From Candidatus Marinacidobacterales bacterium (lineage in GTDB: Bacteria > Acidobacteriota > Vicinamibacteria > Marinacidobacterales > DATDRI01), in assembly GCA_965197825.1 (NCBI GenBank), contig CBDANW010000003.1, forward strand, positions 2,121,566 through 2,185,565: a DNA stretch of 64,000 nt, in the 5' to 3' direction. This document shows positions 17,713 through 27,236 of the stretch, one piece after another; the first letter of the stretch is position 1, and every line of letters begins with the position of its first letter. The translations under genes and the position numbers were made by a program. The notes below the pieces were generated by a model that had not been told where the DNA came from, made no database searches, and was given only the letters and a program-made list of their open reading frames with translations.

Positions 17713-17795
17713 GGCCCTTGGCCCGGTCGCAAACACGGACACTAAGCTGCTGATTTATGGTCTATTTAAAAGGGCCGAGTTTTGGCACAGGACGG
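17713..17795. repeat. MITE-A terminal copy
   Basis: ggcccttggcccggtcgcaaacacggacactaagctgctgatttatggtctatttaaaagggccgagttttggcacaggac. Confidence 0.6.
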
Positions 17796-17994
17796 GGTCG
17801 AAGCCGCCGAGACGCTGCTCTCGGTCGACGCGCTGCTCGACTTCATCGACGCCAATCGCTCCCACGTCTCGCTGGTTGCCATCAGCGTGCGCCACCAAGC
17901 CCAGAGTTACCGGCGCCACGTCCGATAGATTGCCCTCTCGACGAGACCCCTTTCGTCCAGCCTTCGTGTAGTGGATGCTCGTGGGGCCGCGACG

Positions 17995-18073
17995 TTGGTC
18001 CGGTCGCAAACACAGACACTAAGCTGCTGATTTATGGTCTATTTCAAAAGGGCCGAGTTTTGGCACAGGACGG
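17995..18073. repeat. MITE-A terminal copy
   Basis: ggtccggtcgcaaacacagacactaagctgctgatttatggtctatttcaaaagggccgagttttggcacaggac. Confidence 0.6.
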
Positions 18074-18262
18074 GGTGGTTTCCTTGGTGGGGGCAGCTCA
18101 ATAGCGACCGTATTCCCGTGCCGGCTTGATGGTCCTCCCAGTAGTTGAAAAAAGCGCGAGCTCTATCACCGCATCGGGTGGTCGATGACCCACCGAATCT
18201 CGATGCGGCCACGAAAAACTTAGTCGAAGATACTTTAAAATCGCTCGGCGCGCCGTTTTCTC

Positions 18263-19645
18263 TTACAGTTTGATAAACCTCTCTGCCATTCTCTCCACGA
18301 ATGCAGCATTGCATCCATCAAAGCCGAAGAGCCGCAGTATCGGGCAGCTCAATTCCGCGACGATAGTTGAACGAGCGGCTCGTAGTTGCACCACGCTCCA
18401 CTCTCCTTCGGTCGTACGTTTGTCCGCGCTCGCAGCGTGGCCCGGCCGCCAATAGTCTTCAGAGTTAAAATCATTGATCTCCCTGTCCTTGAGACCCATC
18501 CATGTACAACGAAAGCCGACCCGTGTTGCCTTTTCTATTCGTCTTACCAGCGACTTCGCATGGGCAACGAGTTCGGTCGTTTCCCGAACGACTGTTTCAG
18601 GAGACAGCCAAGTGCCGGCCTGCCGACCCAAACGGTCAACGCTACGCTTACGGTCCTCTCTGTAAGCTCGAACCAGCGTCGCACGTCCATCGGGCGCCAC
18701 GCGCCAATAATCTGGCAGGTACTGGTCGAAATCTCCTTCGCCCATAAGGTTGGTCTCAAGGATGTCCGCGCCGGTTCCATCGGGTTGTTCAGGATAGGTT
18801 GCCGGCGCGATGCTTGGCTTACTGAACGGGTAGAACATGCTCCAACCGGTCCACACCGTATCACGGACCTCGTTGTTCACCTCGACTAGGACTCTGATTA
18901 GTGAATCCGTGGGAAGAGGATCATTTCCGTCGGAAGAGATCAGGTAGCTCAATTGATAACGGTCCTCTTCGATCGGCACCGGCCAGTGAAATCCTTTGGC
19001 CTGAGACAACAAATGGAGGAAACGTCTTTCGCCATCGTTGTGCCACTGCTCCAATCGTTTCCACCCAGTCGGTCCTCGTGTTCCTCGTGTCTGCAGAAGG
19101 CTGGTAATATCGCTTAGCAACTGGTCTCCATCGTTGAGCACGCATCGCCTGATCAATAGCCGCCATTCTTCGGCACCGCTGATCGGTGCGCTTTCCGGTC
19201 CTGGCTTGCGAATATAGTATGTTCCACTAACGATACCCTGTGGCTTTCCTCTATCGTCCTGAGGTCCGTCAGCCTTCGCGGCAATTGGCACACCCTTGTG
19301 GCCAGGCACTCTAATAACAGGAAAGTCTTTTCCGTTACTGTGTGTAATAAAAAAAACGTCGCACTGAAAAATCGGTGTCAAGTAACGCTTTATAATTGCC
19401 GCGAATGTATCTCGATTGTATTCCTTGAGTGACGAGGGACGATTCTCCGCGTGCTTTAGATTATCCTGGAATCCAAAAATCAGATAGCCGCCGCCGTGAT
19501 TGGCCAACGCTCCCAAGTGACGTGCAAGCTTGGCTTTCTGAATTTGGTTATCAAGGTCGACCCATGCCTTGAATTCGATTCCCTCATTCTCTCTGGGATT
19601 TTCAATGAGGTCATTGAGGTCGTCGTTCGTTTTTTTGAGTTTCAT
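18263..19645 (-). CDS. AlbA_2 (Schlafen-like, divergent-AAA, PF04326) domain protein with an about 280-aa uncharacterised C-terminal region
   Basis: N-terminal ENEGIEFKAWVDLDNQIQKAKLARHLGALANHGGGYLIFGFQDN matches the AlbA_2 consensus (E.lEfK...la..i.AfaNt.GG.l.iGv.D). ATG at 19643-19645. Local GC is about 52%, below the flanks. MITE-A copies lie on both sides. Confidence 0.6.
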   Translation of the reverse strand: MKLKKTNDDLNDLIENPRENEGIEFKAWVDLDNQIQKAKLARHLGALANHGGGYLIFGFQDNLKHAENRPSSLKEYNRDTFAAIIKRYLTPIFQCDVFFITHSNGKDFPVIRVPGHKGVPIAAKADGPQDDRGKPQGIVSGTYYIRKPGPESAPISGAEEWRLLIRRCVLNDGDQLLSDITSLLQTRGTRGPTGWKRLEQWHNDGERRFLHLLSQAKGFHWPVPIEEDRYQLSYLISSDGNDPLPTDSLIRVLVEVNNEVRDTVWTGWSMFYPFSKPSIAPATYPEQPDGTGADILETNLMGEGDFDQYLPDYWRVAPDGRATLVRAYREDRKRSVDRLGRQAGTWLSPETVVRETTELVAHAKSLVRRIEKATRVGFRCTWMGLKDREINDFNSEDYWRPGHAASADKRTTEGEWSVVQLRAARSTIVAELSCPILRLFGFDGCNAAFVERMAERFIKL

Positions 19646-19816
19646 GCAAAGTTTATTGTGCCACCCTTAATCTCTTGCCAGGTCGGGCTACCGGACCTTC
19701 AGGGTACCATGGAACTGGAAGGGCTCCGTCCAGCCACGCTGGCTTTCGACGGCCGGCGTCTCACCCGCAGCTATGTTCGCCAGGATAGGTCCGGGTGTGA
19801 ACAAAGGTTCGAAATC

Positions 19817-20230
19817 CGTCCTGTGCCAAAACTCAGCCCTTTTGAAAATAGACCATAAGTCATCAACTTAGTGTCTGTGTTTGCGACCGGGCCAAGGGCC
19901 GCAGGCTTTACAATCGTCTGTCCCGAGCGTGTTATCTTCAGGTCCATGATGGCGTACCACGTGCAATTCCTACTGCTCGTTCCGGCCGGGTCAACCGCCA
20001 GCAGCAGGATGTGATTGACTACTTGCGAGAGGAGAACCGTCTGCTCCGAGGCGGGCTTCGGGGCAAGCGTCTCAGGCTCTTTGACGACGGCGCAGGCTTT
20101 CGACGTGAGCGTTCAAATCTGGCGAACGGTACGGCAGCCTAATGACTTCCGTTCGGGACAAAGATATGGACGAGATTTTCTAGACCGACAAATCGGTGAC
20201 CACTTGACGGATGAATAAATAGAAGGCACA
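19817..20230. mobile_element. IS-Y deletion derivative (about 414 bp): the MITE-A end, a transposase N-terminal remnant, then the terminal 23-mer
   Basis: gtcctgtgccaaaa at 19817. Interior ...RQQQDVIDYLREENRLLRGGLRGKRLRLFDDGAGF. cggatgaataaatagaaggcaca at 20208-20230. Confidence 0.5.
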
Positions 20231-20264
20231 GGTCTAGAGAGCACGCTCACGTTGTGAGGAGATT

Positions 20265-21057
20265 GTGAGAAAAGAAAATAATCTCGAAAAACAGGAAGAC
20301 GGACTGAAGTTTCTATGTCTATTGGAAGAATTGGAGACGTCGAGTGAATTGATCAAATCTGGCTTCGGCCATCTCCAAGAGATCGACATGACTAACACGT
20401 TTTACCACTTACCCCATCAGCTAATAGCCAGTGGGTTAGAGCGGTTAATGAAATGCTACATCTCGTTGGTCTACGAGGGTCAACATGGCTCGTACCCAGA
20501 CAGGCAATACATGCTGTCTCTTGGACATAACCTGGAGGATCTCCTCGAACGGATTTGCGCCGATTTTTACGGTGGGAACGCGCGGCCTTTCGTTCAGAAA
20601 GAATTTGACTTCATTACGACAGATCAGTTCCTGCAACAGTGCATTCGGATTCTCTCACTGTTTGGCAAGAAAGGACGCTACTACAATCTTGACGTTGTTA
20701 CTGGTTCCGTTGAAACAGCAATCGATCCGACGGGAGAATGGAGGGAACTTGAGTCGAAAGTTGAGAACGCTACACCTTTTCTGAAAGATTCAGAGGCGCT
20801 TCATCGTGATTATTTTCCGCGAGTCCATTCCCGGTTGATTGCAAAAATGGAGCGGCTCGTCAGAGCTATTGCTATGCAATTTAGCATCGGCGATCACGCT
20901 GATCGAAGCGGAAGACTCAGCCAGATGTCAGTCGTATACAGGCACTTTAGAAACCTTCTCGATGAGCAACTTGGTACCATCGACTATCGTCGTTCCGTGC
21001 GGATTCATGAGCAAGAAAAAGAAAAATGGATCAAGCGATCGGACAAAACAATTATCG
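20265..21057 (+). pseudogene. Low-GC hypothetical gene, 5' part (about 264 codons), interrupted by the IS3 insertion
   Basis: GC is about 45-48%. It reads ...KRSDKTIIGG up to the IS left end at 21058. Removing the IS and one copy of the TSD restores an open frame that continues at 22314. Confidence 0.5.
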
Positions 21058-21103
21058 GTGGGCTTGATCCAGTTTCGTGGACACTTTCTGAAAGGCGGAT
21101 ACG

Positions 21104-21421
21104 ATGTCCACAATGGCAAAGACAACGCAGCCCCGGCGACCCCGCCGGGAGTTTGATGACGAGTTTAAGGCAGGCGCGGTCCGGCTGGTGCTTGATGAGG
21201 GCCAGAGCGTGGGTCGGGTGGCCCGGGAGCTTGACCTCACCGAATCGGCGTTTCGCAACTGGGTCCGTCAGGCCCGGGCCGATCGGACGAAGGGCCGGAC
21301 GGGCTTGACGGGCGTGGAACGCGAGGAGCTTCGGCGGCTCCGCAAAGAGAATCGGCGGTTGCGGGTGGAGCGCGACGTTTTAAAAAAAGCCGCGGCCTTC
21401 TTCGCGAGGGAGAGCGAGTAA
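21104..21421 (+). CDS. IS3-family transposase OrfA (HTH)
   Basis: MSTMAKTTQPRRPRREFDDEFKAGAVRLVLDEGQSVGRVARELDLTESAFRNWVRQA...LRKENRRLRVERDVLKKAAAFFARE. Confidence 0.8.
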   Translation: MSTMAKTTQPRRPRREFDDEFKAGAVRLVLDEGQSVGRVARELDLTESAFRNWVRQARADRTKGRTGLTGVEREELRRLRKENRRLRVERDVLKKAAAFFARESE

Positions 21422-22284
21422 GATTCGCGTTCATCCAGGCGGAGAAGGCCACCGTACCGGTCGCTCACCTGTGTCAGATTCTCAACGTCTCTCGGAGTGG
21501 CTTTTATGCCTGGGCACGTCGGCCGCCGTCGGCCCACGCGCGCCGGGACCGCCAGTTGCGCGTGTTGATTCGTGCCTCCCATGAGGCGAGTCGCCGCACC
21601 TATGGGAGTCCGCGGATTCATCACGACCTGCACGAGCAGGGGTATCGAGTGAGTCGGAAGCGGGTGATTCGGTTGAAACAGGCAGAAGGCCTCATTGCTC
21701 GAGTACGCAAACGCTTCAAGCGCACGACGGTAAGCGGTCATGGCCAGCCCGTCGCGGCCAATGTGCTCGGGCAAGACTTCGTCGCCGATGCGCCGAACCA
21801 ACGGTGGGTCGGGGACACGACCGAGTTCGTGATCGGCAGCGGCGGGAAGCTTTATCTCGCGGCGCTCCTCGACCTCTACTCGCGATTCCTCGTTGGGTGG
21901 GCCGTAAGTGCTATTAACGACCGTCACCTGGTTATCAAGGCGTTGCGGATGGCACTGAAACGTCGCCAACCGGCCGCAGGGCTCTTGCATCACTCCGATC
22001 AGGGCAGTCCGTATGCCAGCAAAGACTACCAACGTCTCCTTGAGACGCATGGCATGACCGGGAGCATGAGCCGACGGGGCAACTGCTACGACAACGCCGT
22101 CATCGAGAGCTGGTTCTCCACAGTCAAGCACGAGCTTGGGGAGCATTTCCTAAGTTGCGGCGAGGCCAAGATGGCCCTCTTCGACTTCATCGAGGTATTC
22201 TACAACCAGAGACGACGACACTCGACCCTCGGCCAGGTCAGTCCGGCCGAGTTTGAACGACGGATGAGGACTTCGCCAGCTTAA
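21389..22284 (+). CDS. IS3-family transposase OrfB (DDE integrase core), reached by a -1 frameshift at ttttaaaaaaag (21378-21390)
   Basis: Frame-0 ORF with ...HSDQGSPYASKDYQRLLETHGMTGSMSRRGNCYDNAVIESWFSTVKHEL...FYNQRRRHSTLGQVSPAEFER (rve). Confidence 0.75.
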
Positions 22285-22313
22285 CTAAACCGTCTACGAA
22301 ACCGGATCAAGCC

Positions 22314-22563
22314 CATCGGAGGTAAATGGCCAACGCGAATTGTCACAAAAGCCGAGTTTGGAGTGGAGTGGCCATTCCGAATTGATAGGGTGATTATTGA
22401 ATGCCGGGATAATACGTTTTGCATTGTAAACATCAACGGCCACGCCTTTGCGCTTAACGGGGCTGCAAGGAGTCGCTTCAAGATACCGTTTCCACACGAC
22501 GCGGGTCTCGCAGTGCTTGGGAGGTCGATCGGTCCATTTATCGATATGGCGTTTGCACTTCAT
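22314..22563 (+). pseudogene. 3' part of the IS3-interrupted low-GC gene (about 82 codons)
   Basis: In frame with 20265..21057 once the IS is removed: ...KWPTRIVTKAEFGVEWPFRIDRVIIECRDNTFCIVNINGHAFALNGAARSRFKIPFPHDAGLAVLGRSIGPFIDMAFALH*. Confidence 0.5.
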
Positions 22564-22643
22564 TGAGGAGCTACCCTCAGAAGGTGTGGAAATAAAGTAA
22601 AGGCGGAGTAACCTTCCGCGTCACGAAACACGGCGTGAAGGTG

Positions 22644-23530
22644 CCTTGGTGCACAACTCCGATAGAGGCCGAGAGCTCGCTTGGCCCCGACTCCCATCAT
22701 CCGATCATCTCGCTATCAGGCATCCCGAGCGCCGTCATGGTGTTGAGAATCTTGCACCCGATCCTTGCCTCAACTCTCTGTGCCGCCAACCCTCTCGCTC
22801 GCATCGCTGAGCCCACGATAGCCTTGTAGCGATGGAACGTTGTCTCGACTTTGCTCCGTTTGCTGTAGCCCGATTCTGTGTGCCACTTTCGTTTGCCGAG
22901 CCGAGCTTGTGCTGCAATGTTGCGATTGCGCTGTCGGCTGCTCGCCGGCCCCGATGTGAGCAGGGCGCCCTTGCGCGGCGGTATCAGCACCCTCGGCGAG
23001 CGATGAGCGCTGTGATTCTCGATTGCCTCATAGACGCCGCCGGCGTCGTATGCGGTGTCAGCTCTGGCCGATGAGATGGGACTGTCGATCTGTCCGACAA
23101 GCGATGCAACCCGCGATGCAACCCGCGATGAATCGCGGGCTCTTTTGCTCGTCAGCTCGCCGGCGACGACTTCGCCACTCTGCTCGTCGACACACAGATG
23201 GAGCTTGCGATAGTCCCTGCTCTTTTGTGCTCTGCGCAGCTGGCCGGCGTGGACAGCGAGACCGCTGCTGTCGATCAAGATGTGCAACGGCGTCTTCTGC
23301 TTGTCTTGGTAGAAGGGGAACCTTACCCAGATTCGGCTTGCGCCTCGAGATCGTGGTGTGATCGGGCACATCATTGTCTAGCTTCATCAGAGCGAACAAC
23401 GACCGCAGCAATCTCTCGCTCTGCCTAGATGACAGATGAAACACCATGCCCAGGGTGACAGCCGTCTCGATGGCGTGGTTCGAGTACTTGCGTTGACGGC
23501 CCGGTTTCCTCCTCCTTGGCCGGGGCGCGT
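22644..23530 (-). pseudogene. IS5-family element copy B: 5'-truncated by a MITE-A insertion and carrying an internal frameshift
   Basis: Two overlapping ORFs (22697..23374 and 23058..23669) together match the transposase at 50835..51800. The right IR ccttggtgcacaactcc is at 22644. The N-terminal part is replaced by MITE-A (23535-23637). Confidence 0.6.
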
Positions 23531-23534
23531 CCCC

Positions 23535-23637
23535 GTCCTGTGCCAAAACTCGGCCCTTTTGAAATAGGCCATAAATCAGCAACTTAGTGTCTGTGTTTGC
23601 GACCGGGCCAAGGGCCGTGGGCTTTACAATCGTCTTG
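23535..23637. repeat. MITE-A segment
   Basis: gtcctgtgccaaaactcggcccttttgaaataggccataaatcagcaacttagtgtctgtgtttgcgaccgggccaagggccgtgggctttacaatcgtct. Confidence 0.6.
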
Positions 23638-23758
23638 GGCGGGCGGGTCGTCACCATGCAGATGACCACCTAGTCGAGAGCGAATATCGAAGCATGTTCC
23701 TGAAGCTGTTTTCCACGCTACGCCGGTCGAGCCCGCCGAAGGGCTACCGTCGCCGGCG

Positions 23759-23924
23759 GGTGCTTCCGCCATTAAGTGTTGGTGAGATGACGCTAAGACC
23801 CTACAGTGCATTAATTTACAGCCAAATTAGCGTTCGTGACCTTCGCTGCGCGCTGAATGGAGCGTAAGCGCCTTTTTTGCAAAGGGATGCGTACACATCA
23901 CCAACAGTAAACGGCGCAAGCACC
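23759..23924. repeat. MITE-B copy
   Basis: ggtgcttccgccattaagtgttggtgagatgacgctaag...tcaccaacagtaaacggcgcaagcacc. Confidence 0.6.
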
Positions 23925-24026
23925 CGCATTACTCAGTGGTCTGGGAAAGCCCCGGGCCGCGGCTCCACCCCTACCCGGGGGCGTCCACTGGGACAACCCC
24001 GGAAGGGGACGAATACAATGCTTCCG

Positions 24027-24686
24027 CTACTTCGGTTGGGGAACGATCCGGATGTAGGGTAGCGGCGACTGCCAACCGGCAGGATACTTCTTCTTGGCCT
24101 CGTCGTCGGACACGGCTGGAACAATGATCACGTCGTTGCCCTGTTTCCAATTGACCGGTGTTGCCACCTTGTGGGTCGCTGTGAGTTGGCAGGAGTCTAG
24201 GAGGCGGAGGATCTCATCGAAGTTGCGGCCCGTGCTCATCGGGTAAGTCAAGGTCGCCTTGATCTTCTTATCGGGACCGATGATAAACACGGACCGGGCC
24301 GTCGCGTTGTCCGCCGCCGTCCTTCCGGTGGAGGTGTCGCCCTCGTCCGCCGGCAGCATGTCGTAGAGCTTGACGACCTTCAGTTCTGGATCCCCGATCA
24401 GCGGATAGTTGATCGCGTGTCCCTGGGATGCCTCGATTTCCTTCGACCACCTCTTGTGGTCGCTGACCCCATCGACGCTGATGCCGAGAACCTTGCAGTT
24501 GCGCTTTTCGAACTCAGGCTTGAGCCCCGCCATATAGCCGAGTTCCGTCGTGCAGACCGGCGTGAAGTCCTTTGGATGCGAGAACAAGATGGCCCAACCT
24601 TCGCCAATCCAATCATGAAAGTTGACCGTCCCTTCTGTCGTTTCTGCGTTAAAGTTCGGCGCTTCGTCATTGATTCTGAGCGTCAT
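24027..24686 (-). CDS. 1-Cys peroxiredoxin (Prx6 subfamily)
   Basis: MTLRINDEAPNFNAETTEGTVNFHDWIGEGWAILFSHPKDFTPVCTTELG...RSVFIIGPDKKIKATLTYPMSTGRNFDEILRLLDSCQLT. ATG at 24684-24686. Confidence 0.85.
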   Translation of the reverse strand: MTLRINDEAPNFNAETTEGTVNFHDWIGEGWAILFSHPKDFTPVCTTELGYMAGLKPEFEKRNCKVLGISVDGVSDHKRWSKEIEASQGHAINYPLIGDPELKVVKLYDMLPADEGDTSTGRTAADNATARSVFIIGPDKKIKATLTYPMSTGRNFDEILRLLDSCQLTATHKVATPVNWKQGNDVIIVPAVSDDEAKKKYPAGWQSPLPYIRIVPQPK

Positions 24687-24974
24687 AATTCCCTCCAGAG
24701 CATGTGAACGACCCGTTAACCGGTTTGAATGTGAAAAATCTAAGGCGATGACCGTTGTTGAAATACTCGATTCAACTCGGCTCCCAAGACAGCTTCCTCC
24801 TGAAGACTCGACAGACCTGGGTAGCCCGGAACTGCCAAGAGAGAGTTCGTCCCCAAGGTGCTTAGTCTCAGATCCCAAACGCTATGAAGTACGGTTGCAC
24901 GCTTAAATGCTACTCAGTTTCAACGGGTCGGACAAGTGCAATCGCGCGTCGGGTGCAGAAGGAGCACACTTTCT

Positions 24975-25256
24975 TAATTATTGGGATGTGTCCCGAGGTC
25001 CGTGGAAAAAGAACGGCGCCCTCCACTCCGTCATCAGAGTATCATATCAGGCGGCAACCTCTGCGTGTTCGAGAACCTCGCTCAGACGTTGGTAGCCGTC
25101 GATGCGTCGTAGTTGAATCTGGCCAGAGGCGATAAGCCCAAACAGCAAAGCGACCGCAGACTCCTCGCTGGAGAACGACGCTTGGGTTTTCGTCCGGCGT
25201 CGAAACTCGCGGTTGAGATTCTCCAGAGCATTGGTCGTTCGAATCGATTTCCACAT
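24975..25256 (-). pseudogene. 3' fragment of an IS256-family transposase gene
   Basis: MWKSIRTTNALENLNREFRRRTKTQASFSSEESAVALLFGLIASGQIQLRRIDGYQRLSEV. The 3' 125 bp are duplicated at 3378-3500. Confidence 0.5.
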
Positions 25257-25543
25257 GGCACGAGGGAATTCGTAGAAGTCAGCAGCTGATTACCGGCCTC
25301 CTCTAGGCTTCGGACGACGGCCGGCGCGAGAGGCGTCCACTTGGCGACGAGCTCGTCATAGGCTTTGCGAGCATCGATCCCGTCCTGTGCCAAAAACACA
25401 AACGAACTCAAGACCAGCTGTTCCAAAAACTTGTAAGCAGGCTCTTCCGCGCACGGGTGCCGCGACCTCGGTCGGCGCGCCCAGCACGAGATCCGGGTCA
25501 GCGGGTAGCGGTCCCTGTTCACAGAAGACGCCGGACGAGATGA

Positions 25544-26779
25544 TTAGTCCTCGTCGAGCCGATTGAAGGCTTTTACCACCTCGCCTATCGCGGTCAGCCA
25601 TTCATGGGAGTGTTCGAGTAGATCGCCGATCTTCGGCTTGCTCCCGTCGACGACCACACGCCATGTCCAATAGTTGCCGTCCTTCTTCACCGTCGCGCCG
25701 CGAACGAGCCGGGCCACGGCCTCCAGGTAATCCACCCCTACTTGCGGATCGCCGCTTTGCTTCGCGTAATCGACCACGTAGTTCGTGTTGAGATCTCCAT
25801 TCGGAAACAACGTGCCGAAGTTAACTTTGCTTCCATCGCTCCGATGCCAGTTCAGGATGTACGAGGCGCGTGACAAGGTGACTTCGAAATCGTCGCCCTG
25901 GGCCTCGTAGCTCTGGAAGAATGCCCGCACGCGCAACGGTAGTGCCGGATCGACCTGTTCGATCTGTTCGTAGAACTCCTTCTCCGTGATCCGCGTCCTG
26001 ACTCTTACACCACCTGACGCTGGCGGCGGGTCTTCCACCACGACCTCCGCGTCGGCCCGTCGCACGACAGCACGCTCGATTTCGACCGTCTTGGCGAGTA
26101 CCCTCGGCTCTACCATGATTCCGCCCGCCGAGCCCTCCGGCATATCGAAGATGGCCAACTCCACGAGCCCGAACGCGATTCGAATGCCGGCGGACTGGTT
26201 GAGATAACCCGCAATTCGTTCAACCCCTTCGCGTATGCCGTCGCCCACCACGATCAGGAGAAAGCGGCCGCTGGTAAGGCTACGCGCGACGTCGTCCACG
26301 AAGGTCGCCTCGTCAATCGTATCGTGCTGCGCCCGCACGATATCGAACAACGCGTTGGTGTTTCCGGAACGTCTTGCAGCCCGGCAAACGGCATCGTTCA
26401 GCTCATCGTACGACCAGCGACTGATCTCCTTCGCATAGTCGAGGATCTGGGAGACAGCACCGCGCCGCGCCTCCGGGTTACGCCACAGCTTGCACTCAAC
26501 GATGGACAATCGACCCTCCTCGCTCATGTAGGCGAGGTCGATCGGGCCGGCCGCGGTTGGCAACTCGCGACAAAGCGGTGTGGCAGGAGCGAACGAGGGA
26601 TCGATTTCTCCGATGGGAAGGATTTCAGGAGTCTCGAACAGAAGCTGTTGCAGCCAGTCCTCGTCATACCCGTTACCGCCGGACCCGATCTCCAGTCGAC
26701 GCCGGTGCAACGGAACCGCGCGGCTTCCCTTAAGTTTTGGGAGGTAGACTGTCTGACCGTATCTGGAACGGTTGGACAT
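25544..26779 (-). CDS. PD-(D/E)xK nuclease-superfamily protein, paralog A (RecB/YhcG/HsdR-N-like core with D...E.K...Q..Y)
   Basis: EDWLQQLLFETPEILPIGEID...GPIDLAYMSEEGRLSIVECKLWRNPEARRGAVSQILDYAKEI (D, ExK, QxxxY). Homologous along its whole length to the protein at 30340..31194. SD aaaggag lies 8 nt before the ATG at 26777-26779. Confidence 0.5.
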   Translation of the reverse strand: MSNRSRYGQTVYLPKLKGSRAVPLHRRRLEIGSGGNGYDEDWLQQLLFETPEILPIGEIDPSFAPATPLCRELPTAAGPIDLAYMSEEGRLSIVECKLWRNPEARRGAVSQILDYAKEISRWSYDELNDAVCRAARRSGNTNALFDIVRAQHDTIDEATFVDDVARSLTSGRFLLIVVGDGIREGVERIAGYLNQSAGIRIAFGLVELAIFDMPEGSAGGIMVEPRVLAKTVEIERAVVRRADAEVVVEDPPPASGGVRVRTRITEKEFYEQIEQVDPALPLRVRAFFQSYEAQGDDFEVTLSRASYILNWHRSDGSKVNFGTLFPNGDLNTNYVVDYAKQSGDPQVGVDYLEAVARLVRGATVKKDGNYWTWRVVVDGSKPKIGDLLEHSHEWLTAIGEVVKAFNRLDED

Positions 26780-26954
26780 GCTCGATTCTCCTTTCTGTAG
26801 CGGCAGTCCCGGTTAGTCCGGCGCAGTCGAGACATTGTAGCCACACTGCGAGGGAAAGTGTGCCAATCTTAGTTGGGAATTGAAACGGCTCCAAACCCCG
26901 TGGTTTGATGGCGTTTGACAAGACAAAATCAAGCCGCGAAGAAAGGAGCCGAGA

Positions 26955-27142
26955 TGGGAAGTCTGCTACGTTCGGTCAAGAAACGCAAGAAGTCGCGTCG
27001 TTTGGGTGAGGTCGAGATGGTGAGGCACGAGGATTACGGGGAACTCGCGCTGGAAGACGCAAGAGCGAACCATTCCACGTTTACAATGACGCCGGATCAC
27101 CTCATCCGTTCGCCGCGAAACGGCCAATCCTGGCAGGTCTAA
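26955..27142 (+). CDS. Small basic hypothetical protein (62 aa), divergently oriented from nuclease paralog A
   Basis: Strong SD (gaaaggagccgag) before the ATG at 26955: MGSLLRSVKKRKKSRRLGEVEMVRHEDYGELALEDAR... No recognisable domain. Confidence 0.3.
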
Positions 27143-27236
27143 ACCGCGGAATCAACGACGGATCGAGTTTTTGCGGAGCACAACCCTTTTTTCCGAGTTC
27201 ATGCTACTCTATCTCCCAAATTGAGGGGGTTGACCC

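Larger units (their letters stand above)
21058..22313 (+). mobile_element. IS3-family element (about 1256 bp) with IRs tgggcttgatccagtttcgtggac / gtctacgaaaccggatcaagccc, flanked by a 5-bp TSD atcgg
   Basis: The TSD atcgg is at 21053-21057 and 22314-22318. orfA and orfB are joined by an A7G slippery site. Confidence 0.75.

Noticed and set aside
20265-21308. ORF 20265..21308 as a 347-aa protein
   Set aside because: The last about 80 residues are read-through into the IS3 left end and orfA region. The true gene is interrupted at 21057 and resumes at 22314.
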